Assembly: GCA_965198185.1 (NCBI GenBank) | Contig: CBDAOU010000001.1 | Location: 925,385 to 989,384 of the forward strand | DNA length: 64,000 nt | Direction: 5' to 3' | Source of the DNA: Chloroflexota bacterium | GTDB taxonomy: Bacteria > Chloroflexota > UBA11872 | Shown here: positions 49,305 through 59,542 of the stretch, one piece after another | How positions within the stretch are numbered: the first letter of the stretch is position 1 | Layout: each line of letters starts with the position of its first letter | Position numbers and translations under genes: made by a program | The notes under the pieces: generated by a model | Databases searched by the model: none | Seen by the model: only the letters and a program-made list of their open reading frames with translations | What the model was told of the DNA's origin: nothing

Positions 49305-50457
49305 TCAGAGCTCTGCCGGCGCGCCGTCGGTGTAGCGCAAGAGGTCGGGCGGCGCCGCCGGGCCGGCGGCCTCCAGCGCCCGCGCCGCGGCCTCGTCCAG
49401 CACGATGCCCAGGCCCGGCGCGGTGGGCGGCAGGGCGTAACCGTCTCTGACGGTCAGAGCGCTCTCGAACAGCGCCTCGACCTCCGGCGCCGGGGGCCAG
49501 AGCACCTCCTGGATCGCCGCGTTGTGCAGCGCGAAGTCCAGGTGCAGGCTGGCCATGGTGTTGACCGGACTCTGGGGATTGTGCGGCGCCAGCTTGATGA
49601 GATGCGCGTCGGCGGCCACGCCCATCTTCCAGACCTCGGTCAGCCCGCCGGCGTGCGCAATGTCCGGCTGCAAGTAGTCGACCAGCTCCTCGTCGATGAC
49701 GGGTTGCGCGTCCCAGCGGTGCAGCAGGCGCTCGCCCGTGGCCAGCGGCACGTTCACCGTCCGCCGGATACGTCGCAGCGGCGCCACGGCTTCCGGTCGC
49801 GTGGGCTCCTCCAGGAAGTAGGGATCGAACGGCTCGAGCCGTCGCGCCAGGTCGATGAACTCGTCCGGCCGCAGCCGTCCATGGGTCTCGATGAGCAGCT
49901 GAAACTCCTCGCCCACGAACTCGCGCGCGGCCTCGACGATGCGCTGCGCCCGGCGCAGGGCGGCGGGCACGTCCATGCCCCGCTCTTGCTCGTCCGAAGC
50001 CATAAGCGGCAGGAACTTGGCGGCGGTCCACCCCGCGTCGAGCAGCGGACCGAAGGCGTCGGGCACCTCCTCCGGTGCATAAACCTGGCAATGCGAATAG
50101 AGCGCCACGCGGTCCCGCACCGGCCCTCCCAGCAACCGGTGAATCGGCAGCCCGAGGGCCTGTCCGGCGATGTCCCACAGGGCCACGTCGATGCCGGCCA
50201 GCGCGCCCATTTGCACCGCGCCGCTGCGTCGGCGGTCGCTGAGAAACACCCGGTGCCAGAGGATATTCACGCCGCAGCGGGTCCTCGCCGATCACCAGCT
50301 CCGCGAAGTCCCGCAGCGCCTCGCGCACCGAGCGCTCGCGGCCCATCAACGTGGCCTCGCCCAGCCCGGTGAGACCCGCATCCGTGCGCACCAGCACATA
50401 GACATAGCTGCGCCCAGCCTGCGGAACGATGATGCTATCGACAGCCGTGATGCGCAT
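49305..50457 (-). CDS. Mandelate racemase/galactonate dehydratase family enolase; frameshift near 50262
   Basis: TDAGLTGLGEATL, GIDVALWDI.G, IETHGRL, FLEEP, ATGER, LQPD, APHNP. Confidence 0.85.
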
Positions 50458-50472
50458 GGCCAAGAGTTCGGA

Positions 50473-50751
50473 CTACCTCTTCTCCGTCAGCCGTCCGGAC
50501 AAGTACTTATGGATCACGCTGGACAGCAGCGTCTGATAGGGAATCCCTTCCTCGCGGGCCCGCGCATGCGCGAGGTCGAAATCACGCTCGGTTACGCGCA
50601 AGTTGACGCGTTTGGTCTTGTTGAACGTATTGCGAGCCGCCGGACGCGCCGCCCCGATTTCCTCCTCAAGGTTAGGGACGGATTGCCACTCGCCCCGCTC
50701 AAAGGAATGCAGCAGATTCTGTTCCTTGTCGTCCAACTGGTTGTTGTTCAC
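50473..50751 (-). CDS. Orphan CopG-like antitoxin
   Basis: SFERGEW, KTKRVNLRV, EEGIPYQTLLSSVIHKY; no intact toxin upstream. Confidence 0.8.
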   Translation of the reverse strand: MNNNQLDDKEQNLLHSFERGEWQSVPNLEEEIGAARPAARNTFNKTKRVNLRVTERDFDLAHARAREEGIPYQTLLSSVIHKYLSGRLTEKR

Positions 50752-50858
50752 TTTGGGTGCCTCATTCGTGAGTCTCGCGTAGACGGCCGGCTGTCGCAAT
50801 GCTGGCAGGCAGCCCTCGCTGCACCTGAGCCATGGTGCGGCAGCCTGCGTCTAGCCAT

Positions 50859-50898
50859 GATTTCAAATCGTTAGAAAAAATGTTAGCTTAGCTAATTA
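50859..50898. promoter_or_regulatory. AT-rich palindromes, candidate repressor operator upstream of MFS pump
   Basis: GATTT-C-AAATC and TTAGC-tta-GCTAA (50883-50895). Confidence 0.45.
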
Positions 50899-50925
50899 TC
50901 GCCGTCTCCCATCCGTGAACGCCCC

Positions 50926-52572
50926 GTGAGCGACGCGCAATCAGCTCCTGCCAAGGCCCCGTCGGAACGTCGCCAGCGCGTGCTGGTGATCGTGGCGGTC
51001 GTGGTCGGCACGATGTTCTCCGCGCTCGATCAGCTCATCGTGATAACGGCGATCCCGCGCGTGGTGGCCGACCTGGGCGGCTTGGCGGACTTTGCCTGGG
51101 TCTTCACGGCCTACACCCTGGTCTCGACGGTCAGTCTCCCGGTGTGGGGCAAGCTCTCCGACACCTATGGTCGGCGGCGCCTTTGGCTGACTGGGCTGTG
51201 CCTCTTCATGACCGGTTCGGCCATCGCCGGTGCGAGCCAGGAAATGGTGCAACTCATCCTGTCGCGCGGCGTGCAGGGTCTTGGGGCCGGCGCGCTGATG
51301 GCGCTGGGCCCGGCACTCATCGGGGACCTCTTTCCGCCCTCGGAACGCCCCAAGTGGCAGGGCGCCCTCATGGCGCTGTTCGGGGTGGTGGTGATTGCCG
51401 GACCCACGATCGGCGGCTGGATCACCGACACGCTCAGCTGGCGCTGGGTCTTCTACGTGAACCTGCCGTTCGGCGGTCTCGCGGTGCTCGCCGCCTGGTT
51501 CGGTCTGCCCTCCGTGCGATCGGGCGGCCGGCGGTCGATCGACGTGGCGGGCGCGGCGGCGCTCAGCGGGGCCGTGGTGCCACTGCTGCTGGCGTTCGCC
51601 TGGGCGGGCGGACGCTACCCGTGGCTGTCGTCGCCCATCGTCGGGCTGCTGCTGGGCGCCGTCGCCATGCTCGGCGTGCTGGTCATCCTGGAGCGCCGGG
51701 CCCGCGACCCCATGATCAACCTGGGATTCCTGACCAATCGTGTCTATGTGGTGGCCGTCCTCACCACCTTCCTGGTGAGCGCCGGGATGATCGGCGCGGT
51801 GCTCTACATCCCACTCTTCGCCCAGGCCGTGATCGGGACCAGCGCGGCCAGCTCCGGGGCGGTGCTGGTGCCGATGATGCTCGGCTTCATCGTGAGCGCA
51901 GTCGGGGCCGGACAGATCATGTCCCGCACGGGACGCTACAAGGCGTTGATCCTGGTGTTGTTCGCCGTCGGCATCGTTGGGGCGGGCATGCTGGCCCGCA
52001 TGGACGCGACCACGACCGAGCTGGAGGTCGTGCGCAACATGGTGGTCATGGGAATAGGCATCGGCGGACCATTCTCGGTGCTGGTCGTCGTGGCGCAGAA
52101 CGCCTTTCCCGATCGGAACCTGGGTGAAGTGACGGCGGGATCGCGTTTCTTCCGGTCGATGGGGTCCACCATCGGCGCGGGGCTGATGGGGTCGCTGCTG
52201 AGTGGGTGGTTTGCCGCCAACGTGCACGAGCGGCTGCCGGCGCAAGTGCGCGAGGCGCTGGGCCCGGACCGCCTGGCCGAGGCGAGCAACCCGGAGTCGC
52301 TGTTCGTGCCCGAGGCGTCCGCCTCGCTGCGGGAATCCTTGGCGACGCTGGGCGCCGCGGCGCCGGCGGTCGAGGACCTGCTCACCGAGACCCTGCGTCT
52401 CAGCCTCGCGGATGCATTGCGCGGGCTGTTCGTGGTCACGGCCGGGCTCATGATCGTCGGCTTCGCCATCGCGACGTTCTTGCCCGAGATTCCGTTGCGC
52501 ACCACGCGTGACGCCGATCTTCCCGCGGAAAGGGCGGACGCCGCCGAGCCAACCGTCCGCGGCGCGCAGTAG
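50926..52572 (+). CDS. DHA2 (EmrB/QacA) MFS efflux transporter
   Basis: SALDQLIV.TAIP, WGKLSDTYGRR, RGVQGLGAG, WRWVFYVNLP; about 14 TM. Confidence 0.9.
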   Translation: MSDAQSAPAKAPSERRQRVLVIVAVVVGTMFSALDQLIVITAIPRVVADLGGLADFAWVFTAYTLVSTVSLPVWGKLSDTYGRRRLWLTGLCLFMTGSAIAGASQEMVQLILSRGVQGLGAGALMALGPALIGDLFPPSERPKWQGALMALFGVVVIAGPTIGGWITDTLSWRWVFYVNLPFGGLAVLAAWFGLPSVRSGGRRSIDVAGAAALSGAVVPLLLAFAWAGGRYPWLSSPIVGLLLGAVAMLGVLVILERRARDPMINLGFLTNRVYVVAVLTTFLVSAGMIGAVLYIPLFAQAVIGTSAASSGAVLVPMMLGFIVSAVGAGQIMSRTGRYKALILVLFAVGIVGAGMLARMDATTTELEVVRNMVVMGIGIGGPFSVLVVVAQNAFPDRNLGEVTAGSRFFRSMGSTIGAGLMGSLLSGWFAANVHERLPAQVREALGPDRLAEASNPESLFVPEASASLRESLATLGAAAPAVEDLLTETLRLSLADALRGLFVVTAGLMIVGFAIATFLPEIPLRTTRDADLPAERADAAEPTVRGAQ

Positions 52573-52578
52573 ATCGAC

Positions 52579-52860
52579 CTAGCCCCGGCCCGTCACCGCC
52601 AGCAGCAGGATCGCCAGGGCGAACGCCGCGATCGCGATCGCCGTTGCCGCCGCCGTCCCGACGATGATGGGCCGCAGCGAGCCGCGCGATCCCGACCCCA
52701 TGCCCAACGCCAGGTATCCGGCCAGCGCCACCACGACCGCAATCGTGACCGCTCCGGCGGCGCGCTGGCTGTCGATCAGGAAATAGACCGCCGCCGCCAC
52801 GGCCGCAAAGGCCGCCGTGCAGACGACCGCGAGGCGCCCCAGACGTGCTCGGAATCGCAC
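52579..52860 (-). CDS. Small 3-TM membrane protein
   Basis: Three hydrophobic segments; TATGCT 6 nt before GTG. Confidence 0.55.
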   Translation of the reverse strand: MRFRARLGRLAVVCTAAFAAVAAAVYFLIDSQRAAGAVTIAVVVALAGYLALGMGSGSRGSLRPIIVGTAAATAIAIAAFALAILLLAVTGRG

Positions 52861-52948
52861 CGGCGCAGCATACGCGACCGCCGGCCGGTTGCCGGATGGC
52901 TGCGTACGTGCCAACGTTCCACGAGTTGACTCGCCCAGGGAGCCTGCC

Positions 52949-54604
52949 GTGACCGGAGCCGATGCGCTTGTCGCCATCTTGAAAGCCGAAGGCATCCAAC
53001 AGGCGTTCTGCTACCCGACGACGCCCATTCTCGAAGCGCTGGCCCGCGGCGGCGTCCGCACGCTGTTGGCGCGCCAGGAGCGCGTGGCCGGCAACATGGC
53101 CGACGGCGTGGCGCGCTCGACGAACGGACGCCAGCTGGGCGTCTTCACCGTGCAGCAATCCGCCGGCTCGGAGAACGCCTTCGCTCCGATCGCCCAGGCA
53201 TATACCGACTCCTCCCCCCTGCTGTTCATTCCGGGCCACCCGGGCCTGGAAAAGGCCGGGATCCCGCCGGCGTTTGACGGCCTGCCGCACTACGTCGCGA
53301 CCACCAAGCTGGCCCTCCAGCCGACGTCGGCCGACCAGATTCCACAGCGCGCCCGCATGGCCATCGCGGCGCTGCGCTCGGGCCGTCCCGGCCCGGTGAT
53401 GTTCGAGCTGCCCACGGACGTGGCCGCCGAGGAATTCACCGGCCCCATCACGCACGCGCCCGTGCGCCCGGTCAGGAGCGCCGCCGATCCGGGCGCCGTC
53501 GACGAGGCCGCGGAGCGCCTGCTGCGCTCCGAGTCGCCGCTGATCTGGGCCGGCCAGGGCGTGCTCTACGCCGAGGCTACCGCCGAGCTGCAGGCCGTGG
53601 CCGAGCTCCTCGGCGCGCCCGTCATGACCACTCTGCAGGGCAAGAGCGCCTTCAACGAGCGCCACGAGCTGTCGGCCGGAGTGGGCGCCTACGTCGAGAC
53701 CGGCATGGTGACGCACTACCTGAATCACAGCGACACGCTGTTGGGCGTGGGCACCAGCCTCAGCCTCAGCCCCTTCACGCCCAAGGTTCCCGACGGCAAG
53801 TCGATCATTCATGCGACCAACGACCCCGCCGACCTGCACAAGGCCTACCCCGCCGACGTCGCCATCTGCGCCGACGCCAAGCTGTTTCTGGCGCAACTGG
53901 CTGACGTCTTGCGGTCGCGCGTGGGTACGGCTCAGCAGGAGTTGCGGCGGCGCACGGCCGCCAAGCTCGCCGCGCTGCGCAGCGCCTGGCGCGCGGATTT
54001 CGCCGCCGAGTTCAGCGACGAGCGCAACCCCGTGAACGGCTACCGCCTCTTCGCCGAGTTGTGGGGCCTGCTGGACCCCGACACGTCGATGATCACGCAC
54101 GAGTCCGGCGCAACCCGCGACATCCAGTGCGTGTTCTACGAATCGACCGTGCCGCGCAGCTACCTGGGGTGGGGGCAGTCGTCGCAGCTCGGCTTTTCGC
54201 TGGGACTGGCGATGGGCGCCAAGCTGGCCAACCCCGACAAGCTCGTTGTCAACGTCATGGGCGACGGCGCCGCCGGCATGACCGGCATGGACTGGGAAAC
54301 GGCCGCGCGCGAGAACATCCCCATCCTCAGCGTCATCAAGAACGACGCCATCTTCAGCGGCTACGACCGCAACATCCCCACCGCCATCGAGAAGTTCGGC
54401 GTGTCCTCGCTCTACGGGGACTACGCGGGAGTGGCCACGGCCTTGGGCTGCCACGGTGAGAAGGTGACCACGGTGGCCGAGCTGCGACCGGCGCTGCAGC
54501 GCGCCATCCGCGCCACCCGGGAAGGCCAGCCGGCCGTGGTGGACGTGTCCACCGCCGAAACCCGGCGGCTCTCAGTCCCACCGCCCGAGCGCAAGACGAT
54601 CTAG
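52949..54604 (+). CDS. Thiamine pyrophosphate-dependent enzyme (acetolactate synthase-like)
   Basis: RQERVAGNMADG, GRPGPV..ELPTD, MGDGAAGM...N TPP motif. Confidence 0.88.
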   Translation: MTGADALVAILKAEGIQQAFCYPTTPILEALARGGVRTLLARQERVAGNMADGVARSTNGRQLGVFTVQQSAGSENAFAPIAQAYTDSSPLLFIPGHPGLEKAGIPPAFDGLPHYVATTKLALQPTSADQIPQRARMAIAALRSGRPGPVMFELPTDVAAEEFTGPITHAPVRPVRSAADPGAVDEAAERLLRSESPLIWAGQGVLYAEATAELQAVAELLGAPVMTTLQGKSAFNERHELSAGVGAYVETGMVTHYLNHSDTLLGVGTSLSLSPFTPKVPDGKSIIHATNDPADLHKAYPADVAICADAKLFLAQLADVLRSRVGTAQQELRRRTAAKLAALRSAWRADFAAEFSDERNPVNGYRLFAELWGLLDPDTSMITHESGATRDIQCVFYESTVPRSYLGWGQSSQLGFSLGLAMGAKLANPDKLVVNVMGDGAAGMTGMDWETAARENIPILSVIKNDAIFSGYDRNIPTAIEKFGVSSLYGDYAGVATALGCHGEKVTTVAELRPALQRAIRATREGQPAVVDVSTAETRRLSVPPPERKTI

Positions 54605-54636
54605 CGCGCCGGCGTCAGAACCCGGGAATGATCAAG

Positions 54637-54677
54637 CCCCGGCGCCGTGACCAGATCGACGCCACGGGCGCCGGGGC
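54637..54677. terminator. Hairpin between convergent genes
   Basis: ccccggcgccgtg...cacgggcgccgggg. Confidence 0.5.
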
Positions 54678-54679
54678 AA

Positions 54680-56892
54680 CTAGCCGCCGTAGCGCCACCG
54701 TTCGATTATGGCCTTGGCAGTGGCCGCCGCTTCCGAAGTCGCGCCGGTCGTGAACGCCTCCGTGATCGCCTCCAGATAGGGTGTCCGCTGCAGGGGAAGG
54801 CACGGGGCATCTATGATTTGCCGTTCCGGATAACAGCTGGCGTGCAGGTTTCCGTATCTCATGTTGACCAGCTGGCCCTTTGTGAAACGCGCATCCCCTG
54901 ATATAGCTCGACAAATAACCTCGGCCCGAAATAGTAGTCGCAGTTCGTATTCGAATCAATTGGCACGTCACTAATACTATCGAATGCGCAGCGCGGTATC
55001 TCTCCAACTTGTAGATGTGGTGAACCTGCCTCAGGCAGCGAATACGCATCGCGATAACCAAGCCCGAATTCAACAACCGTGGCCGCTCCCTCACCGACCA
55101 ACCGATCGCCGGTCTGCCAGTAATAGTGTGCAATGATATGGGACAGAATGCGACGTGTATCGGTTGTTATACTTCTATTTCTGATGTACTGCAGGTCAAT
55201 CTCAATACTATGACCTGAGTTATTGCCTCTGCCAGATGCAGCGTCAGTCTTCAAGACCACGTAGCCGTGTGGAAATGGAACTTTCACGAACTCGGCCGCT
55301 TCCTGCAAGACGGTTTCCAGGATGTCCATTGCACTGGGGTCCATGGATTGGCCGCGATGATAGATGAAGAACAACTTTACGAAGCCAGCGGATGCAATAT
55401 AGACAGTGCGCTTCTGGACGGCGAGGCTCTGGCTCCAGCCGTTGAGCAAGTGAGGGACGTTCTCGGGGGGTGTGAGGAAGTCGCGTAGGGCGGTGCCAAA
55501 ATATCTGTAGGCGAGCGCCTGTGCGTCGGTAATCCCGCCGGTCCAGAGAAACTCTTGGAGGACCCTTTGCGAGTGTTGAAGTCCGCCGTAGGTGCCCGGA
55601 AGTCTGTCGGAACGCGCGGCAAATGCAATTTCTTGGGGGAGATCTTGGATGATATGGGTTTCGTAACCTTCGAAGGTATCCAGAAATGGCATGTCGAGCA
55701 TCAGGCTGAGGAGCTGGTTGACCTCCTCCGTATTGCCGAAGTATGTGGTGCCGGGATAGCGCGGATAGGTGAGAGTGAAATAGAGGAAATGGTCGACGAG
55801 CTGCAGCTCATCCCAGGTGACTCCGTCCCAGATCCAAGGCTTTTGCAAGAGCTTCTGGAAGGCGGCCGGCCAACGGGCTCGGGGTGTATGGAGGAGCGCT
55901 TGCATGATCAGGGGGTCGCTTGCGCTGACGTGCTTGCGTGTCCAAGGGATTTCGGCGACGGCGAGGAGAATGCCCAGCGCGGCTTCGGTCTGCGGATCAG
56001 GTGGCTGGTGCACCCAGAGCGTCTGCCGGTCGAGCACGAGTCGCGACAAGAGCTCCTGGGAGGATGAAGCGAGCCTGCGAAGCCGCGTAACTGATTCCTG
56101 TTCGCCCGCGGCGATGCCGTCCGCAACCCACGGGAGAACCCCGATGGCGGGGTTCAGCGCAGGGTCTGGGGGATAGGCCGGGATCTTGGCGGCGTCCGGA
56201 ATGACGACGTTGCTGAGCTGCTTCAGCTTGTCCGGCACGTTTTGGAGGTTAACCTGCCCCACCGTGATGCCGGCCGCCGGCACGTTCCAGACCACGAATA
56301 CCGTCCGCTGGGCCCGGAGCATTTGCACGCCTTGCAGGTTGCCCGCGACCTCCAGCTCGTCATAGCGGATCGGCAGCCCGTAGAGGTTCAGCCAATCCGG
56401 CTCGCTGAGAAACCGCCGCTTGATTGCCGGATTCTGATCCAGGATGGCGAGGTGGTTGCGCGTGATGGTGCCGAAATCGGCGTCACGGTCCGCCTCCAGC
56501 ACCTGGTGTGGCGGCACGAAGGGAAGCTCCACCTCCGGGTATCGGTTCGCCAGCGCGTCGAGGGTGTTGTAGTAGTTCATGCGTTGCTTGCCGGGGTCCC
56601 ACTGCAGGATGACCTTCTGGAAGGCCTGGAGGGTGAACGGTCCATCGGTCCAGCGCTGGCTGATGGGAAAGCCGATGGCTTGGAGATCCCGGTCGCGGAC
56701 GAAGTCCCACATCGGCACGCCGTCGAGATTGGTGACGGCGTAACCGTCGTCCGGGTCGGGCGTGTCGCCGCCGGTGATGGTGAAAAGGCAGCCGTCGTCG
56801 AGCGCATCGCCCTCGCAGTCGAGAGCGTGGACTGGCGCCGCCACGGCAACCACCACCGCGGCGACGACCAGGCCGAACGCTAGTTTTCGCAC
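54680..56892 (-). CDS. Secreted/surface protein, paralogue A; frameshifts near 54870-54900
   Basis: Signal peptide ending VHA-LDC, N-terminal ~260 aa highly similar to 57044-59233, PW..DG repeats, HIIAH...EGAA degenerate gluzincin motif, shared C-terminus AFTTG.T.EAAA. Confidence 0.75.
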
Positions 56893-56932
56893 GCTGATTC
56901 CCAGGCTAGCCGTGCTCCGGCGGGGTTCCGGT

Positions 56933-56963
56933 TGTTCTATATCGAAGCGTCGCGACGTGTCAA
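56933..56963 (-). promoter_or_regulatory. sigma70-type promoter of paralogue A
   Basis: TTGACA-N18-TAGAAC, conserved upstream of paralogue B (about 59261-59290). Confidence 0.55.
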
Positions 56964-57043
56964 TCGGCGGCCGGCGGAAACCGACGGGCGCATGGCACTC
57001 TCGCCGGCGTACCGCGGCGCCACGCCTCACCACGCTCAGGCCC

Positions 57044-59233
57044 CTAGCGGCCGTGGTACCACCGTTGAATCACGGCCCTGGCGATGGCTGCGGCTTCGGG
57101 AGTCACGCCGGTCGTAAACGCGTCGGTGAACGCTGTCTCAAAGGGTGGTCGCTCCGCATATACGCAAGGAATGTCTAAGATTCTATTCATCCAACAGTAG
57201 CTGTAGAGAGGAATACGGCCATTCGTCGTGGCAATCATCCTGGCCAAGCCATTGTGAAACGATGCCGAATCCAATGATCGATATAGGTCGAGAAAGAACG
57301 TTACACCAATATACTCGTGACAGGAAGCGTTGCTGCTCTGGAAGGCATCATTGACGCTATTGGTCGGGCAGTCTACCTGTCGATCAGGTCGTTGAAAGTC
57401 AGCAACGCTAGGAGTCCAATTGGGGGGACGATAGCCCAATCCGAGCTCAACGACTGCAGCCATCCCCTCAGTTGCCCAATACGGAACTTCGTACCCATTA
57501 TGGTGGGCCATGAATCGACGGACCAGTTGTCTTCGCGCCTCTCGTAATTCAGACGCAGAGCCAGGGACAACAAAATCTGTCAAACGCACATGGTGCCCGG
57601 GAAACGGTACCTGTGTAAACGCAACCACTTCATTCAACACGCTTTCTATGGTTCCCAGCGTATGGACGATGGCCGTCGAATCGTTGGCACTGTCCCGGCT
57701 ATTGACGAGAACGATGCGTACGCGGCCGGAGAGCGGTAGAAAGACATCCTTTTCTACAACGGAATACTCGCTAGCCTCATGATTGACAGCCGCGGCATAC
57801 TCCTCTGGCTCGCCGTTGAAGTAGGGAGGGGAAGGGAAGAGGGCCTGACGGTCGGTGATGCCGCCAGTGGCGGCAAAGCCGCGCAGGATCCGCATGATGA
57901 GATCCATCCCGTGAAGCCACTCGTTGGCGCCAGTGCGTGGATTCGTGCGATTATATCCATAGAAGAGATCCTCGGTAATGGTAGTTTCATAGCCTTCAAA
58001 GCTGTCCAGATACGGCATGTCAAGCATGATGTTGAGAATGTTATCGATTTCTTCATGTTTGCCATTGTATTGGGGGTTTCGTGCCTCGGGAAGCACGAGG
58101 GCTTGCGTCACCACGATTTCAGCAAGTCTCAGCTCGCCCCAGGTGACGCCATCGCGAATCCAGGGCTTTAGCATCAGCTTGCGGAACGATGACGGCCATT
58201 GGGTTTCGGTGGCGTTGAGCAAGACACTGAGGAGGAGAGGCTGGGCGGGGCCTATATGCTTGCGAGCCCAGGGGATATCGGCGAATGCGCTAATCATGCG
58301 CAGCGCGCCTTGGCCTTGGGCGTCGGGTAGGCGTTGGAGCCAGGCGGGCTGCCGGGCGACCAGCAGCCTGGACAGGAGCTCCTCGGAGGATGAGGCGAGC
58401 TTGCGGAGCAGGAGGAGGGAGTCTTGTTCGTGGGGGAAGACGCCGTCCGCAACCCATGGGAGGGCTCGGATGGCCGGGTGCAGGCCGGGATCGGGGGCGC
58501 GGGCGAGGGATTTCGCGGTGTCTGGAATGACGACATTGCTGAGCTGCTTCAGCTTGTCGGGCACGTTTTGGAGATTCACGCGGCCGACGGTGACGCCGGC
58601 CGCGGGCACCTTCCAGACCACGAAGACCGTGCGCTGGGTCCGCAGCAGCTGCACGCCCGCGGGGTTACCGTCAACCTCACGTTCCTCGTAGCGGATCGGC
58701 AGCCCGTAGAGGTTGAGCCAATCGGGCTCGCCGAGGAAGCGTTCCTTGATTGCCTCGTTCTGGTCGAGCAGCGCCAGGTGGTTCCGGATGATGGTGCCGA
58801 AGGTCGCGCCCTGGTCCTCCTCGAGGACCTGATGGGGTGGCACGAACGGCAGGCTGATCCACGGATAGCGGTTCCCGAGCGCGTCGAGGGTGTTGTAGTA
58901 GTTCATGCGCTGCTTGATGGGGTCCCACTGGAGGATGACCTTTTGGAAGGCCTGGAGCGTGAAGGGGTCCTCAGTCCAGCGCTGGCTGATGGGATAGCCG
59001 ATCGCCTGGGCCTCCCGGTCGCGGACGAAATCCCACATGGGCACACCGTGGGCATTGGTGACGGCGTAGCCGTCGTCCGGATCGGTCGTGTCCCCGCCGG
59101 TGATCGTGAAAAAGCAGCCGTCGTCGAGGGCGAAACCCTCGCAGTCGAGAGCGTGGACCGGCGAGGCCATCGCGAAGATCATCGCAGCGACGACGAGGCC
59201 AAACGCCAGCTTTCGCACCCAGACCCCCAGCAT
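57044..59233 (-). CDS. Secreted/surface protein, paralogue B
   Basis: Intact 729-aa ORF with signal peptide, IGYPISQRW/YGLPI repeats, RFMAH...WATEGMA degenerate gluzincin motif. Confidence 0.8.
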   Translation of the reverse strand: MLGVWVRKLAFGLVVAAMIFAMASPVHALDCEGFALDDGCFFTITGGDTTDPDDGYAVTNAHGVPMWDFVRDREAQAIGYPISQRWTEDPFTLQAFQKVILQWDPIKQRMNYYNTLDALGNRYPWISLPFVPPHQVLEEDQGATFGTIIRNHLALLDQNEAIKERFLGEPDWLNLYGLPIRYEEREVDGNPAGVQLLRTQRTVFVVWKVPAAGVTVGRVNLQNVPDKLKQLSNVVIPDTAKSLARAPDPGLHPAIRALPWVADGVFPHEQDSLLLLRKLASSSEELLSRLLVARQPAWLQRLPDAQGQGALRMISAFADIPWARKHIGPAQPLLLSVLLNATETQWPSSFRKLMLKPWIRDGVTWGELRLAEIVVTQALVLPEARNPQYNGKHEEIDNILNIMLDMPYLDSFEGYETTITEDLFYGYNRTNPRTGANEWLHGMDLIMRILRGFAATGGITDRQALFPSPPYFNGEPEEYAAAVNHEASEYSVVEKDVFLPLSGRVRIVLVNSRDSANDSTAIVHTLGTIESVLNEVVAFTQVPFPGHHVRLTDFVVPGSASELREARRQLVRRFMAHHNGYEVPYWATEGMAAVVELGLGYRPPNWTPSVADFQRPDRQVDCPTNSVNDAFQSSNASCHEYIGVTFFLDLYRSLDSASFHNGLARMIATTNGRIPLYSYCWMNRILDIPCVYAERPPFETAFTDAFTTGVTPEAAAIARAVIQRWYHGR

Positions 59234-59542
59234 TGCGCGCCCATTGGCGGGGTTCTCAGTGTTCTATATGGAAACGCGGCGGCGTGTCAATCGGCGGCCA
59301 CGGAAATCGTCGAAGGCGCGGGTGCTTTGGCCGGGATATGGCCGCGCGAGTTCCGCGAAAGCGCCCCGCCCTCAGCATCGGTGCGCTACAGCAGCAGCCT
59401 CAGTGGTTGCCGAAGTGCGATCGGAGATCTTGACAGCGGAGAAAGGAACGCTGCTTCGAAGAATCCTGGGGCTGCTCGCAGGCTAGGTTTCGGAGGATGA
59501 TCACCAGCCTCTAACGGTTCGCAATCGTCCTGGCAGCCTGAG

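Noticed and set aside
1130-50457. Selenocysteine read-through or programmed frameshifting as the cause of the split genes
   Set aside because: Breaks are frame changes rather than in-frame TGA, with no slippery heptamer or SECIS-like hairpin seen
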